In this document: positions 51,410 to 64,000 of the stretch, piece after piece
Layout: every line of letters starts with the position of its first letter
Position numbering within the stretch: the first letter of the stretch is position 1
Source of the DNA: Octopus sinensis
Lineage: Eukaryota
Assembly (NCBI RefSeq): GCF_006345805.1
Contig: NC_043025.1
Coordinates: 6,758,001 to 6,822,000 of the forward strand
Length of the DNA stretch: 64,000 nucleotides
Direction: 5' to 3'
Notes under the pieces: generated by a model
Told to the model about the DNA's origin: nothing
What the model saw: only the letters and a program-made list of their open reading frames with translations
Databases searched by the model: none
Made by a program: the position numbers and the translations under genes

Positions 51410-51750
51410 TTGTTTGTTTGTTTGTTTGTATGTATGTGTGTGTATATATATATATATATATATGCATGTATTATGTATGTATGTATGTTTGTGTCTATGT
51501 ATGTATGTATGTATGGTGTATGTATGTATATATATGCATGTGTATGTATGTATGTATGTATGTGTGTGTATTATATATATATATATATATATATTGCATG
51601 TATGTATGTATGTATGTAGGTATGTATGTATGATGTATGTATGTATGTATGTGTGTAATATATATATATATATATGCATGTATGTATGTATGTATGTAGG
51701 TATGTATGTATGTATGTATGTTTGTTTGTTTGTTTGTTTGTTTGTATGTG

Positions 51751-51785
<35 letters not shown>

Positions 51786-52341
51786 TGCATATATGTATGT
51801 ATGTATGTTGTGTGTATGTATGTATATATATATATATGCATGTATGTATGTATATATGTATGTATGTGTCTATGTATGTATGTATGTATGTGTGTATGTA
51901 TGTATATATATGCATGTATGTATGTATGTGTGTATGTATGTTTGTGTGTGTGTATGTATATATATATATATGCATGTATGTATGTACGCATGTATGTATG
52001 TATGTTTGTGTGTATGTATGTATATGCATGTATATATGCATGTATGTATGTATGTGTGTGTGTATGTATGTATGTATGTATGTATGAGCAAGACCTCTAC
52101 AACGTAGCTAGACCTGGTAGAAATAGCAGCCAAATCTCTCTCAAATCACACCTTACTTTCTTATGTATGTAAAACATCTATGAGCCAGTGAAAAACACCT
52201 CTACCTGGTAGAAATAGCAGCCAAATCTCCCTCAAATCACACCCTATTGATGTGATGGGATACTTGTGTGGTTATTCCTCCTACTAGAAATAGCTGCCAA
52301 ACAACACAGAATTGAAACCTTACTATACTAACAACAACCGT

Positions 52342-52384
<43 letters not shown>

Positions 52385-53939
52385 GCTACTGCTGCTGCTA
52401 CTACTACTACCACTGCTACTGCTGCTGCAGTATCACACAAAATGCCTTGTGTGGAATTTGTTCCATTTCTTTAGGTTCGGGGTTCAAGTTCTGCTGAGCC
52501 TTAGCGTTGCCTTTCGTCCTTCTGGGGTCGGTAAAATAAAGAACCGGTAAAATACTAGGGTACGTTTAATTAATTGGAAAACAAGTGGTCAGTGCAAGTG
52601 TGAGCAGTGTAGTGTGATGTGGTGGTGTGCGGTGTGGGAGAGGTGAAGGTATGTGGGTTTGAGGGTGGGATGAGGTAATATGGGAGGGGTAGGATTTATA
52701 GGGATGGTAGGGTAGGAATGTGTAGGGTTGGGGTAACGATGGAGGGTTGAGTTGAGCAAAGGAGCGAAGAGAGAAAGTTAGTTCCTGTTCATGGCGAAGA
52801 CGGAGTCCAGATGGCTGGCTCCTGTGCAAGGACAATCTGAATACAGACAGGTGTTGTAAAGAATGACCAATAGGTGCAGGAGTGGCTGTGTGGGAAGTAG
52901 CTTGCTAGCCAACCACATGGTCCTGGGTTCAGTCCCACAGCGTGGCATCTTGGGCAAGTGTCTTCTGCTATAGCCTCAGGCTGACAAATGCCTTGTGAGT
53001 GGATTTGGTAGATGGAAACTGAAAAAAGCCTGTTGTATATATGTATATATATATGTGTGTATATGTTTGTTTGTCTGTGTTTGTCCCTCTAGCATTGCTT
53101 GACAACTGATGCTGGTGTGGTGTGTTTATGTCCCCGTCACTTAGCGGTTCGGCAAAAGAGACCGATAGAATAAGTACTGGGCTGACAAAGAATAAGTCCC
53201 GGGGTCGAGTTGCTCGACTAAAGGCGGTGCTCCAGCATGGCTGCAGTCAAATGACTGAAACAAGTAAAAGAGTAAAAGAGAGAGAGAGAGTAGAGCAGAA
53301 ATGGCACGAAACAGGGGTGCTGTTGCCAAGTCTGATGTCTCAGAAGTGTTCCGCAAACCGGTCAGCCAAGTGGTGTCCCATTTTACCGATGTACAGAGAA
53401 GGACAGAGAGAGCAGATGCAGTAGATGACATTGCTAGAAGTGCAGGTAAAGGAGTCAGTGATATGATAGGGTCAATGATGGCTGCCTGCGAGGATGGTGG
53501 TATTGGAGAGGTAATTAAGGTGGCGAGCTGGCAGAAATGTTAGCACGCCGGGCGAAATGCTTAGCGGTATTTCGTCTGCGTTACGTTGTGAGTTCGAATT
53601 CCGCCGAGGTCGACTTTGCCTTTCATCCTTTCAGGGTTGATAAATTAAGTACCAGTTACGCACTGGGGTCGATGTAATTGTCTTAATACCTATGTCTGTC
53701 CTTGTTTGTCCCCTCTGTGTTTAGCCCCTTGTGGGTAATAAAGAAATAGGTATTTCGTCTGCGTTACGTTGTGAGTTCGAATTCCGCCGAGGTCGACTTT
53801 GCCTTTCATCCTTTCGGGGTTGATAAATTAAGTACCAGTTACGCACTGGGGTCGATGTAATTGTCTTAATACCTATGTCTGTCCTTGTTTGTCCCCCTCT
53901 GTGTTTAGCCCCTTGTGGGCAATAAAGAAAAAGGTATTG

Positions 53940-54965
53940 GAGAGGTAAGGGCAAGTGCGGCTGTGTGGACAGAAGCAGGGGAATGAGCTGGCCTGGGAGG
54001 TTGGGTTAGGGAAGAAACTGTGGACCAGGAGGTCACGTAGGTTGTGGACTTGCTTGAAAGAGGGGAGGGGTCAGTTAGGGAAGATGTGCGAAGTGGAGGG
54101 GTCAGACTGGAGTCACCAGAAAGCTTGGAGAATGGTGCGTTGGAGAGGTAGGGTGGAGGGGGGGTGGGGGAGACGGGAGGAGGAGATGAGGTCATGGATA
54201 GTGGAGGACACCGTCTGTTGGCAGCTAGCTATGGGGTTGGAGGGCAGTAGAAGGAGGTGTCTTGAAGTTGGCAGAGAGCTTTGGCCTTGTAGAGGTCCAT
54301 GTGCTGCGCCACCACAGCTCCGCCCTTGTTGGTTGGTTTTATGATGATGTCTTTGCAGCGTCGGAGACATCAAAAGGCCGAGAGATCGGCAGGGGAGGTG
54401 TTCAGATATTGGAGATGCCTGGAAAAGTCAAACCGGTCCATAGCACACTGTCAGACGCCTGCAAAGAGATTTGACAAAAGAGGGGAAGGAGTCTAGTTGT
54501 TCGCGGGAGAGTGAGGTCGCACTGATACAGTCGTCAATATAACGACCATATAGTTCAGGAGTGGGACCAGTGAAACTTGAGAATATTTGGGCCTCAACGT
54601 AGCCAATGAACAGGTTCGCATAGTTGTGGCCCATTCTCCTTTCCATGGCCACTCCTGAGATCTGCTGGTAACAATTACCCGCAAACATGCAAAGAGATTG
54701 ACTTCTTGGAACTGGCCAGGGGCTGGCGTCCACTGGGATGGTCAGCGGCCTAGGTCGGTGAAGCAGTCCTCCTCATTAGATGCAGGTAGAGTGTTGCAGA
54801 ATAGCATACACAACCTAATAGGGAGCACAAAGCTGTGGATATTGGCACAAGTCCAAAATTGGTTGTTGGATGGAGTGAGGGGGAAGAAGCGCAGGCCCCT
54901 ACCGAGGAGGGAGCGATCCACCTCAGAGAGGGGAAGATCTGGAGGAATGGTAACAACAGACTGAA
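53940..54965 (-). mobile_element. Decayed Penelope-like (GIY-YIG type) retroelement ORF fragments
   Basis: GLRFFP, SQWTP, IIIKPTNKGGAVV, YQQISGVAM...NYANLFIGYVE...YGRYIDD. Confidence 0.85.
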
Positions 54966-57349
54966 GTGGAGAAGAGGAAGATGGGACAGAAGTGGGAGGG
55001 ATGGTGGTGGTGGCGGAATGCTGGGAAGGAGGGGATGACGGGGTAGATGTATAGTGGGTTGGTGAGGGAGTAGGTAGGGGAGGAGTTGGGAAAGTGGCAT
55101 TGGGTGTGATGGAATGGGGTAGTGAGTGGAGTTTACATTGTTTGGTGGGGGCGAGAAATACATGAAACTAGAATATCTACAGTCGCTAAACCAATGAAAA
55201 ATTAAGGACAACCTTCGTCACCACCAGGATGCACCCTCCATCGACCTGCTACAGAAAGCACTATACCTATTTCTTTACTACCCACAAGGGCTAAACACAG
55301 AGAGGACAAACAAGGACAGACAAAGGGATTCAGTCGATTACATCGACCCCAGTGCGTAACTGGTACTTAATTTATTGACCCCGAAAGGATGAAAGGCAAA
55401 GTCGACCTCGGCAGAATTTGAACTCAGAACGCAGCGGCAGACGAAATACCGCTAAGCATTTCGCCCGGCGTGCTAACGATTCTGCCAAGCTCGCCGCCGC
55501 AGAAAGCACTATACCGCAATGCAAACTACGATGCACTTCACAACAATGCAACACTGCTGATGCACAAGGTGTTCGTCGACCATGAAAGCCTATAAGCGCA
55601 ACATTTTGACAACTACATGCCCAGAAACTAACTGGAAGACCGCACATGCAATCTTTTCGTCTCGTACCGACGTACAAACCCTGCATTGTCTATGAACTTT
55701 TGCATGTACATAAGACTCTCACATAGACTTTCAACCACTTTTTCTTTCTTTGCATGCATATCATCATTTCACTTTCAGCTGTAGACTTTTTAACAAAGGA
55801 CCCTATTTTCAGCAAAGTTTGTTACTTTTGATTATTTTATTGTTCTGTTTGCACTGCACACTTCCATTTGTTTTTGCTTGGGGGTTCTTTCTTTTATAAC
55901 TATCCAGAAGGATAAACATAGAAATCAGAGACCCCCTTCGGTCACGACACAGACCATGGGATTGCACCCAGAGAGTTACCCTCCTAGACACAAGTCCGGG
56001 TGAGGTTGTTTATGGAAGTCCAGCAGTCGCCCATGCATACCAGCCTCCCCTCTCCATGCCACCAGTGTTATCCAAGGGAAAGACAAAGGTTGATACAGCT
56101 TGGCACCAGTGACGTCGCAACTCATTTCTACAGCTGAGTGAACTGGAGCAACAAGAAATAAAGTGCCTTGCTCAAGAACACAACACGCAGCCCGGTCCGG
56201 GATTCGAGCTCACAACCTCACGATCGTAAGCTCGATGCTCTAACCACTGAGCCATGCGCCTTCACAGAAATAGAACATATATATATATATGGAAATATAT
56301 ATATATGGAAATGTAAGGGTAAAATATGAAAATTCAACAAAAATGCACATTGTAAATAAAAAAGGCTTTTTATGACAGGTAATGACAGATATATACATTT
56401 AGATGGACCGAGGTAGTAATAAAAGTCATCATTATAAGATAATTATAAAGTCAGAAAACAAAGTGTACCATGGTTTCTGCAAAGCTATTCATCGCTTTGA
56501 AAATATATATATATATAAATTGAGATAGGGGTTGTAAGAGCAACCCTCCATGGGATAACATATATCCAATATACTGCTAGTGAAGTACTCAACAAAGTTA
56601 ATACATAAATGTTAAGAATTGCGATGCAATTAATTCATTTATTGTATTATATGGGCAAAGGTAAAATGTTTTACCACAAATTAATAATACAAAATAAGAA
56701 AATGGAGAAATACACCTTAATCAATAATCAACTACCAGATAATACCCAATCACATAATTTATTAAACCACTACATTGAACATTAAGATCAAACATAATAA
56801 TATAGAACAAAACAATGTACATGAAAGAGTAATATGATACAATAAGTACAGTATGCATAAGTGAATATAAATAAATACAAATATAAATATAAACTACATC
56901 TTACAGCTGTTTCGGCCATGCAGATATGGGTGCCTCATTATGCTCATATTAGCCATGTGTGATAGGTCAATATGTAGTTATAAATGAGACATATATATTA
57001 TCATCATTATCATCGTTTAACATTAGCTTTCCATGTTGGCATGGGTTGGACAGGTTGACTGAGAACTGGCCAACTGAGGGGCTGGACCAGGCTCCAATCT
57101 AATTTTGACAAGGTTCCTACAGCTGGATGCCATTCCTAATGCCAACCTCCCAGATTGGCAGGTTATAACATCCGGGAGCATCATCGAAAGATAAGTTAGA
57201 TGTGGTAGAATTTTTTTCTTTTTGCATAGTTTGGTGTACACAAATTATTAGCAGTAATCCACAGAGAGAGAGAGACAGAATGATGTTGTTGTAAGAGAGC
57301 AGAATTAGAGCTAGTGAAAGTTATAGATGCATACATTCTTTTCTTTCAG

Positions 57350-57765
57350 CACTGTTTCTTCTTCTTCTTCTTTTTCGTATTCTTCTTTTTCTTCTTCTTC
57401 TTCTTCTTCTTCTTTTTCTTCTTCTTCTTCTTTTTTTCGTCTTCTTCTTCATCATCATCATCTTCTTCTTTTTCTTCTTTTACTTCTTCTTCTTCATCAT
57501 CATCTCTTCTTTTTCGTCTTCTTTTTTTCGTCTTCTTCATCATCATCTTCTTTTTCGTCGTCTTCTTCATCATCATCATCTTCTTCTTCTTTTACTTCTT
57601 CTTTTTCTTCTTCTTCTTCTTCTTCATCATCATCGTCTTCTTTTTCTTCTTCTTTTTCGTCTTCTTCTTCTTCTTTTACTTCTTGTTCTTTTTCTATTTC
57701 TTCTTCTTTTATTTCTTCTTGTTCTTTTTCTTTTTCTTCTTCTTCTTCCTCCTCCTCCTCCTTCC
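57350..57765. repeat. (TTC/TCA)n microsatellite
   Basis: Direct reading. Confidence 0.95.
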
Positions 57766-58152
57766 ATCTCTTCCAGTTTACCTTGCCCACCACCTCCTCG
57801 TCCTCAGCACCCCTACCCTTCCCACCTCTCCCCATGTCCTATCCCCAGCAGGGGGGAGGGAACCCATCTGGTAACATGACAGCCCATCCCATCCGACCCC
57901 TCTCGGGGGCGGTGGGGGGGGGGGGGCTTGCCCCCTCTCGCCTTGCCATCCTCCACCCAGGGTGGCAATTGCTCAGGAATGCTAATATGTTTACATTCAG
58001 GGTGGTGGTGGTCGGCTTGTTGAGTAGAGTGTTGGGGGTGGTGTTGAGAGGCCCTCATCCAGGGGGGGATCAGAGCAGCTCTTTGGGTGTTAAGTCAAAT
58101 GGTAGGGAATTATTACGAGGAAATAGCTACATGGCCCTTTCTGGAAGTGTTC

Positions 58153-58223
<71 letters not shown>

Positions 58224-58430
58224 GGACAAGGAGAAAGGGAAAGAGAAATGTAGAGAGAGAGGGGAGAGGAAGAGAGAGAAAAGTAGAGAGAGGGGAAGGG
58301 ATAGAGAGAAAGTTAGAGAGAGAGGAAGAGAGGAAGAAAAAGAGAGGGGGAGAGGAAGGGAAAAGGTAGGGAGAGAAAGTGAGAGAGGGAAGAGAGAAGG
58401 AGAGGAAGAGAAAGAGAGAGGGAGTGAGAC

Positions 58431-58465
<35 letters not shown>

Positions 58466-58571
58466 ACGCAAGAGAAATTGTGTATGCTTATATGTATGTA
58501 CAGGTAGGTGTAACATCTTGTATGTGTATGTATGTGTTTTGTATAGAATTGTGTACATGTATGTGTGTGTT

Positions 58572-59030
58572 GACTGCTATTTCTACCAGGTCTAGTTACC
58601 ATGTAGAGGTCTCCCTCATTGGCTCATACATACATGGATATATAGATAAGAGAGTAAGGTGTGATATGAGGGAGATTTGGCTGCTATTTCTACCAGGTCT
58701 AGCTACCATGTAGAGGTCTTCCTCATTGGCTCATACATACATGGATACATAGATAAGAGAGTAAGGTGTGATATGAGGGAGATTTGGCTGCTATTTCTAC
58801 CAGGTCTAGCTACCAAGTAACGGTCCCCTCATTGGCTCATATATACATATATGCATATATAAGACAGTTAGGTGTGATATGAGGGAGATTTGGCTGCTAT
58901 TTCTACCAGGTCTAGCTACCAAGTAACGGTCCCCCTCATTGGCTCATATATACATATATGCATATATAAGACAGTTAGGTGTGATTTGAGGGAGATTTGG
59001 CTGTTATTTCTAGCATGTCTTGCTCTACCA
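58572..59030. repeat. Four tandem ~119-bp units of the GAGGGAGATTTGGCTGCTATTTCT repeat family
   Basis: CTGCTATTTCTACCAGGTCTAG at ~58574, 58684, 58788 and 58896; dispersed copies at 44210 and 52110-52250. Confidence 0.85.
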
Positions 59031-59609
59031 TTAGCTCCTTGAAAAATTTTGACAGGTGACTAATGTCACTTCACCTGTTTATTTTGTGTTTCAATTTAAT
59101 CGAGATTGTCCCACGCCCACCCTCCTTGAGCGAAACTTCCACTCCAGGTCTGTATAGGACCCTGCGCCCATCCACTAACATTTCTTCAGTCCACCCTTCC
59201 AGCATAACTTCAACCACCACCACCACCACTACTACTGCTACTACTACAACTACTACTACTACTACTAGTACCAACACTGCCATCAAAGCTGCTGCCACCA
59301 CTACATCTTCACCCCCCACACACAATACCCACCACCTCCACCAATGCCACTACATATCCCCCCCCATCAATACCCCCGCCACCACCACCACCAATGACAA
59401 CAACACCCTGTGCCCTCAACGTGTTGTCCCCTGTCCCTCACCAACACTCTACATACTCACAAGTATGTATGTTTAAACTTAATTACATCTTAATTACTTT
59501 CCACTGACACTGTTGAGGATGTAGACATTTAGTTAGATATATATACAAATATATACACAAATATATATACACATATACATATATATAGGCTCGACTGAAA
59601 CTCTATTCT

Positions 59610-59945
59610 CTGAAATGCCACCATGGGCAATACATTATTTGCACCATGGGGAAAATATCCCACAATATTACCCAAATGATATTGATATTATGTTTACAAT
59701 TCACCCGTGCAATGCGTCCCCTACAAAGGTTGAGATCACATCACATAAGAACATTGCAACACAATTTTCTTCACAGCAAATGGTCCCGCTCTTTTCAATG
59801 CTGTCCCAAAAGAAATTAAAGTAGAAAAAAACCCCACAACTTTCAAAAGGTACCTGGACAAATTCCTCCAGGAAATACCAGATAAACCACCTACACCTGG
59901 ATATGTCTCAACCAACAACAACTCTCTGCTTGAGTGGTCCATGGT
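59610..59945 (+). mobile_element. CR1/Jockey-like LINE 3' end remnant
   Basis: GPLF...PTTFKRYLDKFLQEIPDKPPTPGYVSTNNNSLLEW. Confidence 0.65.
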
Positions 59946-60039
59946 GTCTTTTTTTGACTGCTTCTTCTAGTGTGTAAAAATTACCTGTTGAAGGTAGTTT
60001 TCTCTTGTGTTTAAATGTACACTATTTTATATTGTGTAT

Positions 60040-60077
<38 letters not shown>

Positions 60078-60241
60078 GGATGGATGGATGGATGGATGGA
60101 TGGATGGATGGATGGGGATGGATGGATGGATGGATGGACGGACGGATGGATAGATAGATGGAAAGATAGATAGAGATAGACGGATGGATGGATAGATAGA
60201 TACATACATATAATATACACACAGATACACACGTGCACACA

Positions 60242-60279
<38 letters not shown>

Positions 60280-60521
60280 AGAAAGAAGCAACAAGAATGG
60301 ATAGGTTTTTAGTACATATAAATATATATATATATATATATATATTTAGTACATATAGTATATATATATATGAGTGTATGCATGTGGTGTGTGTTTCTAT
60401 TTACATATACACTTGTGCTGGTATGTTGAACATCATGTGTGTATGTTTGACCGCCCTCCTATGTGACATAACTGCGAGTACGTGATTATATGCAAGTGTA
60501 TGTGTACACGTATATGTAGGG

Positions 60522-60558
<37 letters not shown>

Positions 60559-60766
60559 TGTGTGTACTTGGGTATGAGGCTACAAGGGCGGAGGCAGAGT
60601 CGCGTTCAGGGTGGGGGAGGTGGGAGGAGTTTGTTTGAGAGCATCCAATAAAACCAAACACCAAAGCTCGATTACCTGGCTACCTGTCCACCTGTCTACC
60701 TGTATGCTTCTTAGTCTGTCTGTCTGTGAGTCCTCAGGGTGTTGAAGCCGTGGAGCTGACACAAAC

Positions 60767-60827
60767 ATGGCCGGGAGTATTTCAGTTCTGTCTTTGGTGG
60801 TGCCGATCTGGTTGTGGGCCGCCTCAG
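60767..60827 (+). CDS. Signal-peptide first coding exon of the chitin-binding protein gene
   Basis: aaacATGG context; MAGSISVLSLVVPIWLWAAS; CAG|GTAAGT phase-1 donor matches exon 63295. Confidence 0.75.
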
Positions 60828-60879
60828 GTAAGTGAATAATTTGAATTGAGAGAGAGGGAGAGGGTGGAAGCAGAAAGGA

Positions 60880-60939
<60 letters not shown>

Positions 60940-61092
60940 GAAGGAGAGAGGGGAAGGGAGAGAGAGAGAGACAGGGAGAAGGAGGGAGGGGAAAGAGAGA
61001 GAGAGAGAGAGACAGGGAGAAGGAGGGGGAAAGAGAGAGGAGGGAGAGGGAGGAGAAAGAGAGAGTGTGATAGGGGAGAAAGGGGATCAGGA

Positions 61093-61134
<42 letters not shown>

Positions 61135-61495
61135 CAAACTGACAGAAAAAGGGCGTGGAGAACTGCGATTGAGAGAGAGAAAGAGAAAAAGAGAGGGAGA
61201 CAGTGAGAGAGAGAAAGAGAGAGACAGAGATTGAAAGATACAGAAAGGGAAAAGAGAGAGAGAGAGAGAAACAGAGACACAGAGCAGTGAAAAAGTAAGA
61301 GAGGAGAGACAACCGATGTTGGTGTGTTTACATCCCTGTGAACTTAGCGATTCGGCGAAAAAAAAAAAGAGATCGATAGAATAAGTACAAGGCTCACAAA
61401 GAATTAAGTTCTGTGGTCGATCTCTGCGACTAAGAGGTGGGGTGCTCCAGCATGGCCACAGCCAAATGTCTGAAACAAGGATAAAAGAATACATT

Positions 61496-61527
<32 letters not shown>

Positions 61528-61621
61528 CATACATATACATATATGTGTGCATGCATATATATATTATATATTATATGTATATATTGGTACCAATCTCTCT
61601 TCTGCATATGTAATACGTATG

Positions 61622-61661
<40 letters not shown>

Positions 61662-61722
61662 CATTTTTTTACAGCAATTTTTTTCCTCTGTCATCCCTTC
61701 TCGGGATCTTTCCTTCTCCTTT

Positions 61723-61757
61723 GTTTCCGACGAAGAGTTCCGCTCGAAACGTTAAAC
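61723..61757 (+). ncRNA. Minimal hammerhead motif (U4C variant) in a (TA)n-flanked element at 61660-61856
   Basis: gttt CCGACGA a gagt tcc gctc GAAA cg TT aaac. Confidence 0.55.
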
Positions 61758-61855
61758 CCTCCTTCTTCCCTTCTTTCCTGAGCATCCAATAATACTTTAT
61801 TTGTTCCACGTCCTCGCGTTGCTGTGTTTTTTTGTGCTTTCTTGTTTGGATTAAC

Positions 61856-61910
<55 letters not shown>

Positions 61911-62751
61911 GTATATATATATATTGGGATATTATTGTTTATGATAATATCAAGTGGTATAGCATGTGTAAATAACCATCAAGGTAACACCAACAGGTAA
62001 AAAAATTATTAATTAATAATTAAGGGATTTCAATTAATGTGTTAGTATGTCACTTGTAGCACCCTTAATCATCAATTACACACACACACACACACACACA
62101 CACGTACGTATGTTTTTTTAACCTCATGAACATTTTAGAAACGTACAGATTGAGTCAATACATTCTGGTATTTCTTGAAATGCCAGATATAAGGTCTATA
62201 TTGTGGCACCGTTTCGGCTCAGCTGTTTGTTTCTACAGCACACACACACATACATGCACACACATACACACACACATACACACACACACACACACACATA
62301 CACACACACACATACACAAATAGATGTCTGCATGTGTGTGTGTGTGTATGTGTGTGTGTGTATGTGTGTGTATGTGTGTGTATGTGTGTGTGTATGTGTG
62401 TGTTGTGTGTATGTGTGTGTGTATGTTGTGTGTATGTGTGTGTGTGTTGTGTGTGTGTATGTGTGTGTGTATGTGTGTATGTGTGTGTGTATGTGTGTGT
62501 GTATGTGTGTGTATGTGTGTGTGTATGTATGTATGTATGTACGTGTGTGTATGTGTGTGTATGTGTGTGTGTATGTGTGTGTGTGCGTATGTGTGTATGT
62601 GTGTGTGTATATGTGTGTGTGTGTATGTGTGTGTGTATGTGTGTGTGTATGTGTGTGTATGTGTGTGTGTATGTATGTGTGTATGTGTGTGTGTGTGTTG
62701 TGTGTGTGCTGTAAGAGCAAACAATTTAGCAAAAAAAATATGCTGCAATAG

Positions 62752-63190
62752 TGATGAAGCTGATGATGATGATGATAATGAGGATAATAATGGTGATGGT
62801 GACAGTGATGATGATGGTAGCAGTGATGGTGGTGGTTGTTGGTGGTGGTAATGACGATGATGATAACAATGTTGATGATGATGACGCCAACGGCAATGAT
62901 GATGATGATGATGATGATGATGTTGATGATGATTGTGATGATGATGATGACGATGATGTTGATGATGATGACGACGATGATGACAATGATGACGATGATG
63001 ATGATTACGACGATGATGATGACGATGATGACGATGATAACGATGATTATGACGATGATGATGACGATAACGACGATGATGACGATAACAATGATGATGA
63101 TGATGACGATAACAATGATGATGACGATGATGATGATGACGACGATGATAACGATAACAATGATGATGATGACGATGACGATGAAGATGC
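62752..63190. repeat. (GAT/GAC)n intronic microsatellite
   Basis: Direct reading; lies upstream of the strong acceptor at 63294. Confidence 0.9.
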
Positions 63191-63294
63191 ATTATTCCCT
63201 AACTGTTCGTCTCATCACCGTTCCATCTCTCCCACCCCTTACTATCCATACCCACCCCCCCTCCTCTCAGTTTTTTTTTTCTTTTTCTTTGCAG

Positions 63295-63531
63295 TGACCC
63301 CTGTTCAGAGCAGCTGCCAAGACTGGACGCCCCACCCGTCCGGTGACTGCGGCCGCTACGTTCGCTGCTTCGACGACATGACGGTCTTTGTCAAGAAATG
63401 TCCTGCCAATCTTCACTTCAACCCAAATCTTCGTGTCTGCGATTGGCCATGGAACGTGGTGTGTGGTAACACGTCCCACTGGGTGCCACAGAAACCACCG
63501 ACCACAACCCCTAGTCACAGCACACCCTCGG
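63295..63531 (+). CDS. Chitin-binding type 2 (peritrophin-A/CBM14) domain exon
   Basis: tttttctttgcag|; SCQDWTPHPSGDCGRYVRCFDDMTVFVKKCPANLHFNPNLRVCDWPWNVVC (six Cys) plus P/T linker; G|GTGAGC; phase 1 to 1. Confidence 0.93.
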
Positions 63532-64000
63532 GTGAGCACTCTTTTACTCTTTTACTTGTTTCAGTCATTTGACTGCGGCCATGCTGGAGCACCGCCTTTA
63601 GTCAAGCAAATCGAACCCGGGACTTATTCTTTGTAAGCCCAGCACTTATTTTATTGGCCTCTTTTTTGCCGAACTGCTAAGTTACAGGGACGTAAACACA
63701 CCAGCATCGGTTGTCAAGCGATGTTGGGAGGACAAATACAGATACACAAACACGCACATACATATTATATATATATATATATATATATATACAAGATAAG
63801 AAAATGGAGAAATACATCTAAATCAAATATCAATTACCAGATAATACTCAATCACATCATTAACATTTATGTATTAACTTTGTTGGGTACTTCACTAGCA
63901 GTATATTGGATATATATTATCCCATGGAGGGTTGCATTTACAACCCCTATCTCAATTTGTATATATATATATATACATATATACAACGGGCTTCTTTCAG

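Noticed and set aside
59190-59462. Thr-rich, phase-symmetric mucin-like exon candidate
   Set aside because: Mostly ACC/ACT microsatellite, which is common in introns here; donor is weak; cannot be supported without RNA data
62751-63294. Poly-Asp N-terminus fused to the chitin-binding domain in the 273-aa ORF
   Set aside because: A strong pyrimidine tract and acceptor at 63294 plus a phase-matched signal exon indicate the (GAT)n tract is intronic

Overview
Repeat-rich eukaryotic (animal) DNA. The SINE families, RTE LINE tails and very high microsatellite load resemble Octopus or another coleoid cephalopod (inference). A 100-N scaffold gap lies at 16958-17057. Nearly all supplied ORFs are microsatellite or SINE artefacts; the real genes are split into small exons that I assembled by hand. 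(1) The 3' part of a + strand ankyrin-RING-death-domain (MIB-like E3 ligase) gene at 3775-12468. (2) A complete five-coding-exon selenoprotein K gene on the - strand (50882 to 35003, 89 aa) with an in-frame UGA, a 19-nt microexon, a stem-loop directly after the stop and a type II SECIS about 1.1 kb downstream. (3) A secreted chitin-binding (peritrophin-A) gene on the + strand (60767 onward), plus a second signal-peptide exon at 23355 that could place SELENOK inside an intron. Mobile DNA includes tRNA-SINEs (often tandemly amplified), RTE, CR1-like, Penelope, Gypsy, hAT, Tc1, piggyBac-type MITEs and a Helitron-like element. Several minimal hammerhead ribozyme motifs occur in short (TA)n-flanked Penelope-type elements.
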